From Phyllosticta citribraziliensis (taxonomy: Eukaryota), in NCBI RefSeq assembly GCF_038025025.1, contig NW_027117349.1, positions 558,001 through 622,000 on the forward strand: a stretch of DNA of 64,000 nt, in the 5' to 3' direction. Both the position numbers and the translations under genes were made by a program. The stretch's first letter is position 1. Every line of letters begins with the position of its first letter. The notes under the pieces are model-generated. The model made no database searches. It had not been told where the DNA came from and was given only the letters and a program-made list of their open reading frames with translations. Shown here one piece after another: positions 23,217-34,207 of this stretch.

Positions 23217-26200
23217 GCCTCTTCTCCGCCTCATCCACCGCGTCCGCCATCCGTATCCATCGTTCACCCTCTGCCTCTCGCCCTCTCTTCACCCCCCCTT
23301 CAACGTTGCATCCGGGCGCCACAACCACGACGCTCCGTCACGCGTACTGTACCCAGACCAGACTCGATTTTGCATCGTCTCTGTGTAACGGCGTCTTGGC
23401 TCGCTGCCCCTGCTCCCCTTCTCAGCACCCGGCACGTTTGATCGACGTGGGGCCCTAGCCGTGCCCGTTCTCTACCACACCACCACCAACACCGCCGTAC
23501 CGTACCCACTTCCACCCACAGGTCACCCGCTCAGCTTTGCCGCTGTCACGGCTCCTCCCTTCTCCATCGACAGCTGCGCAATGGCGCATACTGCCGGCTC
23601 AAAACCTGCACCACCACCCTCCAACAGAGCCTCCAGATCTGACGCCCTAGGCTCGCATAATCGGCTTTGCCCGTTGCGAATTGGCTCGCAGCCACCGTGT
23701 TACCCGCCGCTGCCCACCTGGACCGCGCCCGCGCTGCCATTCGCCGCCCACGTCGTGATCGCCCTTGTCCGCGCAAGCCATCATTCTTCGACCCAGCGGA
23801 ACGTGGTAGGCCTTGGTCATCTCTGCACTCTGCTCAATGAGGTACGCGGAGAATTCCCTTCCCCAGCGACGCCACACGTCATCGCCCACAGCTATCCTCA
23901 GGGGGACTGGACTTTGATTCCTTTGCCTCATGGCAGCTGAGCGTTCTCCGCTGACGCGACCCAGACACTACTGCACCCTTTGCCAGAAACAACCACAGGG
24001 ACTGCCGACACGAACCCCACCCCTTTTCCAGCTTTGCCGACTCACATCACCGCTTCGTCTTGACCGCCGTGTCCGATCCGGCGAATCATCGTCGCCCCGA
24101 CACCTGGTGCATGTCGGGTGTGGCCGAGCAGGATTCAACACATTCATCCATTGCTTGGCCCGCGCTGTCAGAATATTGCCCCAACATTTTCCACTGCCCA
24201 TGTGCCTCTTTTCTCAAAGAGCTTGTCGCCGTTTTCACCTCTTTGCCTGGTCGCCTGAACCATGACCGACCCCGGGTCGCCTCTGCGACGGCATCTCCGA
24301 CGACTTTCGACTTGCTGTTCAAGACAGTTGAGAGGATTGTGGCAGAATAAGCATGAAAAGCTCCGCAGACCCTGAATATTCACCACGCGGTTGTGCACAC
24401 CTTCGAAGACGGCGCCAGGTCTAGATGCACATGGAGTGGACCCTCTGCTGACTCTTGCAGGCAGAATTGGTTCTCGCGTGGCCTTTTGACCACGTAGCTG
24501 CGCTACAGGACGCAATGCGCCAGAACGACGCTCTCCGGAAGCTAAGCATTCCTCACCTTGGCTCGAAAACTTTTTGAACCATGAGGCCAAAGACCAAAAC
24601 CTCCAAGACAAAGAAAGGGTGGCCACAAGGCAACCCTGCATGCATAATGCCCGTTTGCCTTCTCGAAGACTAGTCTATCAGGATGATGCCAAGACAGGCA
24701 ATAGATGTGGCTTTGCAAACTCCACCTGGTCTGGATCACCAAGCGAATCAACTATCGAAACCAGAGACACCCACGCCATGTCGAACACGTCCATGTTTGC
24801 AGATACGATTTTTTGGTCCCGATTGAGACGACTGCTTGACGGCGCGTCAATGACCCAGATGACCCAAGGGCTCAAGAACAGGCAGTGACAAGGACAGGCA
24901 CAACCTCACCTGATGCGGCATGCTCTCGCTACCGTCTACCAGTCTACAATTGTGTTGCAAAGTGCCGGAGACGCGTGATTCGTCAACGTGGACAAGGACC
25001 TGGACCTACTGGCGCCCTTGGTTCAACTCATGGTTCAGTCGTAGGCGATGTCGAGCGTGTAACGTCCAGCGCCACAACCCTATCCCGGTGCCGACCTTGT
25101 TGCAGCCCAGTGCTTGACCGGCTCGTTAGCTGCCGCGCAAGCCCCCCGGACGGCACCAACAGCACTAACGGCCGCCCCGCGTTAGTGCTCTGGCCGTCAA
25201 CGGCAAGAATCCAACTGTGGCTTCAAGCATGATACCATGGAAAATGTCGACCTGTGTCACTCTACTCGAAGCCTTCGGTGGGCCGACAATGACTGAGCTT
25301 CGATCCACCGGCATACCCCTTGATCTCTCGTCCGTCCACAATCTCACATGAGCTCTTTTGCACAGGCTGAAGCCCGTGGTCTCCAAAATGATGGAGTACA
25401 GCAGGTAAATCACGGCATGCAGCTCCGGTTGCGACCTTGTAAAATGCACCCTTTCAAAACAACATTCTGGCCAATGGCAGCCGCCATGAGACGTTAATCC
25501 CCTTGGCAACCAATTGTGTCCGCAGTTTGCACTATCTTTCAAAAACTCCTCCGCCAACTTTGAACAAGATTCGTTGTCCATCTCCGCACACACCTGCCGT
25601 AGCGTCCTGCACGCACGCGTCTCGGCCAATGTTTTTGTATCAGCGCCAATTGCAGCCACCACTGCCGACATGACCCCGGAGCACCTCACAAACCTCTCCT
25701 CTCACACCCTCTGTTCTTGACCAGGCCAGCCTTGTATCCTGTTCTTCGACGCAGATGCAAATGCCCGCTCTGACGCTCACGCATGTACGACTTGAAAGGC
25801 ATTGCACCCCTCATTTGCAGCAGTGAGCAGGCATTCTTCGCTCAAGCAACTACATGTAGCCCTACGAATGGCGGTTCGCATCGTCTGTGGTCGTACATTT
25901 TTCGGCTCCAGCTACCAGAATGCTTGCTCGCCTATGCTAATCGCGTGTACACCATCTTGCTCACACACGCTTCATCAAAGCCTTGTTGGCCAGTGTCGAG
26001 TCAAGCAAGAGACACACTCGCGCTGCAGCGCTCCGCCTGACACAACCTTTCAACCAGAAACAATTCTCGGATTGGACCGATGATGACCAATCCGCGCGCT
26101 CTCGCGCTTTCGGACGATGCGGTCGAGGCTGGGCGGGGGAGGGGGCAGAAAAGAGGGGTCTCGGGACCGCAGATGAGACGCGACCTCCAACGCAGCTGCT

Positions 26201-28539
26201 GCACCAGACAGATGTGCAGACAAGAACGGGAGCAAGCAGCGGCCATGGAGCTCAACACCACACCGTCCCATGGGCTGCGTGTCACTGCGAGCGCAAAATC
26301 AGGTTTTGGCCAACTTCGAGTCGAGGTGTGAGAGTCCATCTGCTCATGGCTTTCCAAGACGTCAATCGTTCCTCACATCCCTTACCGCAACCTGTTGTCG
26401 ATCAACCTCTTCTTCCACCTTTTGCCCTGTGCTCTGTCTTTCTCTGGTCGCTCCCGCAAAACCCACTTCACTTTGCAATCCTACCCTCCACATCTCAAAC
26501 CATGACGTCTCGCGCACTGAACACCACTTGGCCATCGTCCCGATCCCTCAAATCCCACATTTCTCCTCCCGGCCAATCTCGATGCGAAGAAAGAAAAAGA
26601 GGACACATACCCCATCTCATCGTTCTATACCGACTTGGCTCGGACTATGCGGCCACGCGATCAAATCTGATACTGACATCCCCAGACGCTGCTGCGCCGC
26701 TCGCCCACCCGCTCGCCTGAGGCCATCGCAGCCCAGACCATCCAGATCGAACTTGTAGGCGTCGAATCGAATCCTCCCAACGGCAAATGGTGACGGCGCG
26801 GCACAAAAGACGGTCAATTCGTAAAGAGCCGATCGAGCAGAAGGAAGCTCCGCGACGTGCAACAGAGCCGCCGCACCGCCGGAACGCCAGCCGGGCCTCA
26901 CTGCCACCCACCTCCCGCTGTCACCCAGCGCTAGCTCTGGCGTGCGTAGCAAGCCGCAAGAGTTCAGCAGGCCCGCAGCAGCTGCAGTCAAGTAAGTTTG
27001 GCGACCTGTACTATTCCTCCTCTCCAGTCGCGTTCGTTCGGTTCCCGTGGCGCAGCACAGCACTCTTGCGGCTCGCATTTCGAAATCGCACCATTCGATT
27101 TACCCATTCCTTCTTCCCCCATTCTCCCATTCTCGACCCAACTTTGTTCCCGTCCGTCTCCGCCGCAGCACCACACCCTCCGTCGTGTTGCGGAAGAATC
27201 CAGACCAGATCCGCAAAGCAACGCCGATGAGGCTGTAGAGCATCCACTACCATTCCTCCTCGCGTGTACGAGAAAGAGGCTGTGCTGAGCGGTGCGGTGC
27301 TCTGGATACATGCCAAGTCCATCCACGCATGTCTGGACCTCACGCTGGTCTGGTCCCGTTTCGTAGGGCAGACGGACGCGCACTTGCGCACCACCACTAA
27401 CCCCATCTATCCACCTGCCCTACGTAAGGTAGGTAGCCTTATCCATCTGCCGCAAGGCGCAGTTGGTTGTAGCTCTTCCGCGCACGGGGCAGGCTGGCAG
27501 GGGCACGGCCGCGGGCACGGAGCCTCCCTCCCTCCCGCGCCGCGTCAATCAAACAGGAGCAGGAGTTCCTGTTAGGTGAGGAGCAGAGGGAGGCGCGGGC
27601 GGGCACAGGTACTGCCCATCTCCAAGTGCCGAAACTGAGGCGGCGAGGAATGTTCCAAATCTTGGCCCTCCCTGCCCTCTCCACAGCACCACGGACGTGT
27701 GATGGAAGCTTGCACACGGACGGACGGACGACTGGTGAGTGGTGACGCGGGACTGTGTTTCGAATCGAGATCGTGACCAACTGCTGCCATAGAGTGGAGA
27801 TGCTGCCGATGCCGATGGTGACGGACGTAGATGGTGGGCCAACGCGGTGGTGTCTCGGGTATTTATGGATACCTACCTGCCTGCCCTGCTACTATGTATA
27901 TGTTCTCTGTGACGACTGACAAGGGAACGAGTGGGGGTGAAGAGGCCGTCGAGGGTCTTCAGCATGGCATGCGGGACTCTAACAAAAGCCGGGCGGTCCG
28001 AATGGCAATCTTACGGACAGAAGGGCCAGGGTGGATGGGTGAATGGATAGATGGAGTGCGAGGAAACTGGCTGAGGATATTGTGCGTTCTACACTGTCCT
28101 TGTCTACCGCCTTTCTCAACCACTCATGACGTACATAGGTACATCACGGAGGGCATTGTCGGGCAAGTGAGGAACTCGGTGTTGTGGATCCAGGCAGTGG
28201 GTGGGTGAACGACTGCTCCTTGGGGCCCACCATAACACATGTAATCGCGCGGGATACATCAAACACGGTTTCCTGTTCCTCCTGGTCTGGAAAGTCCTGG
28301 CCCAATTTCACACGTAGTAACACTTCGGAGATTTGGAATCGATTCCAAGAGTGTCGCCACCCAGCTCCGCAGGTAAGCAATGGTGATTGTGCTAGGGGGT
28401 ATCGAGTCAGGAGGGAAGGCGAAAGTCTCGATTCCGTCCTCGCCCTCTGTGTCAACAACGTATTGGCTCTTCCTTCCGATCTGCTTCCTGGAGACGAACT
28501 TGATCTGGATGTTGCGGCGCGTTTGTTTCTGCAAACCCA

Positions 28540-28566
28540 CCCCCCCCCCCCCCCCCCCCCCCCCCC
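28540..28566. repeat. Poly-C homopolymer (about 27 nt)
   Basis: Read directly from sequence. Confidence 0.95.
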
Positions 28567-28708
28567 GAAAGGAAAACCCTACCCCTCCCGTGCGGTTCCG
28601 ACCCGAATCTCGTGCCATATGGGCCGCAATCTTTTGATTCCGCCGCGCAAAACCTTGTCCCAATCCCCGAGTGAGCGTGATGCTCATTCATGACCATTCA
28701 TTCTGACT

Positions 28709-29263
28709 TCAAGCGTCAGGGTCCCTGCCCGCCGACTTGGGGCGGAACTCCGGCTGGACATCCCTCCTAACCCTCTTGGTCCTGAAGCCAGTGGCAGGGA
28801 TAATTTGCAACTCCATGAGGGTTGGCTTCTTCACTTTGTCAGATAGCTTAACCCAGAAGTTGAAGATCTTGTCGTCCTTGTCGAAGACCTCTGCGACGTC
28901 CGGGTCCCTGGCGGGCAACAGGCGGTAGCGAAATTCCGCCTCTGCAATCTCCAGCCAGACCTGGAAGATGTAGACCCTCCAGCGCTTGAGTAGGGCCGCC
29001 GTCTCATCGCTGATGTTGTTGGGAGGGTCAAAGATGGCGGTAAAGTCGACGATGGAGTCACAGACGCTCCACATTTCCCGGACGAAACCAACCTTGTTGA
29101 TCCGAAAAAGAGGTGTCCAGACATCGTCCATCCTGGCATCCTCGGTCATCTGGGCCAAGTCGACTTCCAAGCGGAGGTTTTCATCGTAGATCTTTTTGAC
29201 CTGTTGAGTAATAAAGGTGAGGATTTAGTATTGGTAGTTCTTTCTACTCTCTATATAGGTATA
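28709..29263 (-). pseudogene. 3' fragment of an orphan gene (copy B), no start codon, in-frame TAA
   Basis: Frame reads YTYIESRKNYQY*ILTFITQQVKKIYDENLRLEVDLAQMTED..RDPDA*; first 83 nt are an inverted copy of 29999-30081. Confidence 0.7.
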
Positions 29264-29277
29264 GTGCAGCAATAAAC

Positions 29278-29386
29278 GACTACTCCCCGCGCGAAATGAT
29301 AGTGGTACATGAATGTTCCCAAAGCGCAGGCGTAGCAGTGAATGAATGCTCCTCAAGGGTGATCATAGGAGTGAATGAACGCTTCC
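29278..29386. repeat. Degenerate 33-bp-period tandem repeat, array 1 (core GAATGCTCC)
   Basis: Cores at 29278 (GACTACTCC, weak), 29311 (GAATGTTCC), 29344 (GAATGCTCC), 29377 (GAACGCTTC), exactly 33 nt apart. Confidence 0.7.
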
Positions 29387-29436
29387 TCCATCCTTCGCCC
29401 ACACCACTTTTCTAATCCTCATCGACTTTGACAGCA

Positions 29437-30085
29437 TGCCCCCCAAACGCAGCGGCAAAGGCGGCGGAGGCAAAGGCAAGGCTCCTGACACACCCAGGCC
29501 AACTCCCTCGACACCCAAGAGGACCGCAACAAACCACAACCCCGATGAGTGAGTGCCCATCAGCGAGAACATTTCCATAGCTTCAATTAACTCAATTCAA
29601 ACAGCCTCGGAAATGACCCTCCTTCTCTCAAGCGGAAGCGCACGCCATATGACCCGCGATCAGATCCACCCCGCACTCCAGCGCCCTTTAGCAGGCTTGT
29701 TGGTCGTCGCGTTGTTCTTCTTGGAACGTCGTCATACCTTGACGATGTTATGCAACATGAAGACGACATTGATCTGGCTCGCGAAAACAGGGCCCGTGAC
29801 AATAACCGGGAAGGTATATCAATCTTAGCTCCTACGAGACTACTCCACCACTAACTTTTGGTCAGCCCTTGACGCGCCAAAGAAGAAGAAGGAACTTCGA
29901 CAGATACTTTACTTCATGCACCATGAAGTACCTCACGAGGACATCGCTATCCTGCTCGGCGGTCGCTTCATCTCCTCCTTCTGGGCCTTTGGAATGCCCG
30001 CACCCACTCAGAGAGTGTGAAGAACTACCAATACCAAATCCTCACCTTCGTCGCCCAACAGGTCGAAAAGACCTGCGATGAGCCA
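29437..30085 (+). pseudogene. 5' fragment of the same orphan gene (copy A), two introns, frameshifted and truncated
   Basis: ATG 29437 MPPKRSGKGGGGKGKAPDTP; introns 29549-29604 (GTGAGT..CAG) and 29814-29865 (GTATAT..CTAAC..CAG) give a continuous frame ..DLGNDPPSLKRKRTP..ALDAPKKKKELRQILYFMHHE..; frameshift near 29951; downstream frame KNYQYQILTFVAQQVEKTCDE. Confidence 0.7.
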
Positions 30086-30228
30086 GCTGCGCGGAAGTGC
30101 TTCAGGCGTTGTGGATCGGGTTTTCAGGCCAAGATTTGGAACATTCAGGACGGACTACAGTGCTTCATCAGCCTCGTCCGCGCCGCCACGGTGGGTGCCA
30201 AAAATAATGAGACACTCTGGGTCTCGCG

Positions 30229-30327
30229 CAGTGCATGAATGCTCCTTGGACACAGTGGTAACAGCGAACGAATGCTCCTCAAGTGCAGCTGTAGCAGTAG
30301 ATGAATGCTCCATAGGCGCACTCATAT
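30229..30327. repeat. 33-bp-period tandem repeat, array 2 (three units)
   Basis: GAATGCTCC at 30237, 30270, 30303, each preceded by CAG 8 nt upstream. Confidence 0.8.
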
Positions 30328-31639
30328 TGCCAGGAGATCTCATTTCTTTCGACACCCACCGTGCCGCCTCAGCTTCGACACTTAGAGATGGACAGTACCT
30401 GTATCTGCTGAAAGCAGGTTATGATATTCCCTAGAAGAGACCTGGCTAGCAGGCCGCCATGCCCACGCTCTCCACCAAGAAGCTCAAGGAGTCCCGAAGA
30501 GAGCTGGAAGCTGCTCGCAACAATGTCCACGAATAATGCGATCTATTCAGGATGCCCCGTGTCGGCTTTCCCGTGTAACAACACCAAGCAGTCTCCCGTC
30601 GCGTCGTCTCGGCTGTAGTTCGCCTGAACGACGTCTTGCTGCTTCAGTCGAGGCGCGCTTGACTGACGGCCGCGCGCGTCTCAACGAGTTCAGGACTCGT
30701 TGGCAGTTGGCACCGGATACTGCTCTCACTGGCGGTTTCAGCAGTATATAGTCAGAGTGGCCTCGAATGGAGTCTTCAGTTCTCTCATCTTACTTCGTCA
30801 CCGCCGTAGTGCCAGGGATTACCGTTTCCTTTGACTCCCATTGCGTCGCCGAGCATTTCCTCTTTACTTTCCCGCACTCAAGACGCAAAAGACAGACGAA
30901 GAGATTAGGGTCAGACGAAGAAGCTCGACTTGCTCGGAATGTGGACGCCTTTGAGCGCTACGACAAGAAAAGAGCGGAGTCGGAAGCGGACCCGCAGAAG
31001 GACGCCGCACGAAAGAAAGAATGAGCGGACGCGCCTTCAACATTCCTCGGAAAACGCCAGACCTGCCTGCGGTTATGCTCCGGATGAACGAGAAGAAGAG
31101 CAAGAAGCGGGAAGTCGACACCACTCCCAGCGCAGATGACCAGTAACTGTCTCCACCGAAAGCAAGTCACGATATTCCCCGGAAGAGACCCCCGGCCAGC
31201 CCACCGTCATGTCCTCTTCTCCACCAGTACGACCAATAGGAAGCGCAAGTTGGACTATGGAGTCCCCGAAGAAAATAGGAAGCCGCTCGCAACAATGGCC
31301 ACGAATAATTGAAGACTGCCAAGAAGATTATTCAACAAAATCCCAGTTTTGCGCTGCGCGACCATCGGTGCTACTTCCTTTGAATTTTTTCAATATCAGG
31401 TTCTCGCACGTGCGTCAGTCTCACATTGGCGACTTGACGCAGATATACGACCGCGGATATAGTGATCAGATATGTCCTTAAATGCTCCCTATCCTCAATT
31501 ACTTTATGCTCTTTTTAAAGATATATACTTAGTCTTGCAGTCCTTGACCAACTTCATGTTCCCGCGATTGAATGCTCCTTGTACGCACTCCATATGGCGC
31601 AAGCTGACTGACTGCGAAGGCAGGCACTCTTGATCCGCT

Positions 31640-31759
31640 CCACTAACCTTTTGGTCAGTCCTTGACGCGCCCAAGAAGAAGAAGAGGGAACTCCGCCAAA
31701 TGCTGTACTTCATGTATCACGATGGGGACATTGCCATCATGGGTGCTCGGCGGTCGCTT
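31640..31759 (+). pseudogene. Internal fragment of the same orphan gene (copy C)
   Basis: Diverged direct copy of 29848-29968 incl. branch point/acceptor CCACTAAC(C)TTTTGGTCAG; encodes LDAPKKKKRELRQMLYFMYHDGDIAIMGARRSL. Confidence 0.7.
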
Positions 31760-32347
31760 TGGTGCGCGAGCCAGGGAAGTGGAAGGTGTGCGAGCCAGGC
31801 AAGCGGAGGTCAGCCTTCAAAGATGGATCTGTTGATGGGTGTAGTGAGTGGCGCGGAGCAGCGCCGGCCGGCCGTTGTCGATGTGTTGGCCTCTGGTTTC
31901 GCAATGCGTGAGAGGGTGCGGCAAGGCGGCGAGCATCTGTTCTTTTGGCAGTCAGCTTGGTGGTCGGTGGCCGAATGTCAAGACACGTACTGGGCTCGCG
32001 AGGTGTTGGATGGCCGTGGCAACGTACCGCCGGTGACGAAGAGAGTTTCAGAGGGAGGACAAGAAAGCCAGTGCGAACCAAAGGCGGAGGTCCATGCGAA
32101 GACCAGTTCAGAGCACAGGCAGGACACGAAGTCTGGCCGAGAATTGCAGATGTCACGTGCGAAGAGCGTTTGTTGTATGGGGGAATCATCACTTCTATTT
32201 TTTTGAAGGTAGAAGCATTCCTTGCAACCCTTCCTTCCCTTCATTCATACCATGACCGGTCGTGAGCAAAATAGCAAATGAGAAACCATTCCACCACCAG
32301 AAACCAGTTCATCCTTCATCACCAAAAACAGCCGGATATAAAACCGT

Positions 32348-34207
32348 CTATTTCTTGGAGGCTTTCTGGGCGGCCTTAGTAACCTTCGTCGCTTCTAAAG
32401 AAGAGAATGATGGTTAGCAACAGTGATCATAACATCAGGGAGGGGAAGGGAGGGGGTTGGGGTGGTGGAAGAATTTTTCCAAACTCAACCGAGGTGGGGG
32501 TTGACTTACTGTCGGCCTTGACGACGGACTTGATGACACCGACGGCAACGGTCTGGCGCATGTCACGGACAGCGAAGCGACCAAGAGGAGGGTACTCGGT
32601 GAAAGCCTCAACGCACATGGGCTTGGAGGGAATCATCTTGACGATGGCAGCGTCACCGGACTTGATGAACTTGGGGCTGTTCTCGATGGACTTGCCGGTA
32701 CGGCGGTCGATCTTCTCGAGGAGCTCAGAGAACTTGCAGGCAATGTGGGCGGTGTGGCAGTCAAGGACGGGCGCGTAACCGGCACCAACCTGACCGGGGT
32801 GGTTGAGGACGATGACCTGGGCGTTGAAGGAGTCGCAGCCCTTGGGGGGGTCGTTCTTGGAGTCACCGGCAACGTTGCCACGGCGGATCTCCTTGACGGA
32901 GACGTTCTTGACGTTGAATCCAACGTTGTCACCGGGGAGACCACCGTCGACGAGCTGCTCGTGGTGCATCTCGACGGACTTGACTTCAGTGGTGACGCCA
33001 GCGGGGGCGAAGGTGACGACCATGCCGGCCTTGATGACACCGGTCTCGACACGGCCGACGGGAACCGTGCCAATGCCGCCAATCTTGTAGACGTCCTGGA
33101 GGGGCAGGCGGAGGGGCTTGTCGGAGGGACGGACGGGAGGGTCGATGTTGTCAATGGCCTCGAGGAGGGTCTTGCCGGTGGACTTGGTCTTGGTCTCCTT
33201 CTCCCAGCCCTTGTACCAGGGGCAGTTGGTGGAGGCCTCGATCATGTTGTCACCGTTGAAGCCGGAGATGGGGACGAAGGGAACGGTCTTGGGGTTGTAG
33301 CCGACCTTCTTGATGAAGTTGGAGGTCTCCTTGATGATTTCCTGGTAACGCTCCTCGGACCACTTGGTGGTGTCCATCTTGTTGATGGCGACGATGAGCT
33401 GCTTGACACCGAGGGTGTAAGCGAGCAGGGCGTGCTCACGAGTCTGGCCATCCTTGGAGATACCAGCCTCGAACTCACCAGTACCGGCGGCAATGATGAG
33501 AATGGCGCAGTCGGCCTGGGAAGTACCAGTGATCATGTTCTTGATGAAGTCACGGTGACCGGGGGCGTCAATGACGGTGACATAGTACTTCGGGGTCTCG
33601 AACTTCCAGAGAGCAATGTCGATGGTGATACCACGCTCACGCTCAGCCTTCAGCTTGTCGAGGACCCAGGCGTACTTGAAGGAACCCTTGCCGAGCTCGG
33701 CGGCTTCCTGCGAGGGCGTTAGCAGAATGTTGCATTGCGATGCGACCGAGGTGAGGTGAGCAGGGCGACGGTCGGGCGCAAAAATGCTGCATCGGGCCAT
33801 GTAACCGAGCGCCAAAGCAGCCTAGCGCAACCCGACCCCACCAAAAAATGCCCCTCGGGCGAGGCGAGTGGGCGAGTGGTGGCGCGACGAGCGAGCCGCC
33901 CTGGGCTCACTCAAAGAAAAGGTGAGGCAACTGACCTTCTCGAACTTCTCGATGGTACGCTTGTCAATACCACCGCACTTGTAGATCAAGTCTGTATATT
34001 ATGCGTGAGCGACGTGTGCAGGGCGAGCGCGGATGAGGAAACACTTACGACCGGTGGTGGTCGACTTGCCGGAGTCGACGTGGCCGATGACGACGACGTT
34101 GATGTGGGTCTTGTCCTTGGGACTGCGGGCGAGGTCAGCGGGGGCTCGGTGAGGGCGTTGAGCGTGATCTGGGGAGGGTTGGGGCGGAATGCAGAAACTT
34201 ACGCCAT
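32348..34207 (-). CDS. TEF1: Translation elongation factor 1-alpha
   Basis: ATG 34207; introns 34123-34202, 33992-34048, 33708-33935, 32395-32509; [46 protein letters not shown]; last exon [15 protein letters not shown]. Confidence 0.98.

Noticed and set aside
29278..30327. 33-bp repeats with variable spacers as a CRISPR-like array
   Set aside because: Eukaryotic context, 9-nt core only, few units, no cas genes.
28709..31759. Autonomous transposon as the explanation of the rearranged block
   Set aside because: No DDE, RT, integrase, tyrosine-recombinase or helicase motifs, and no TIR/LTR/TSD that I could identify.
32427..32509. Apparent Pro-rich TEF1 C-terminus SKSTPTS..PSLML and N-terminus MALGYMARC in the ORF track
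   Set aside because: Both are intron read-through; canonical splice sites give normal termini.
32745..33722. 325 aa plus-strand ORF
   Set aside because: Antisense shadow of highly biased TEF1.
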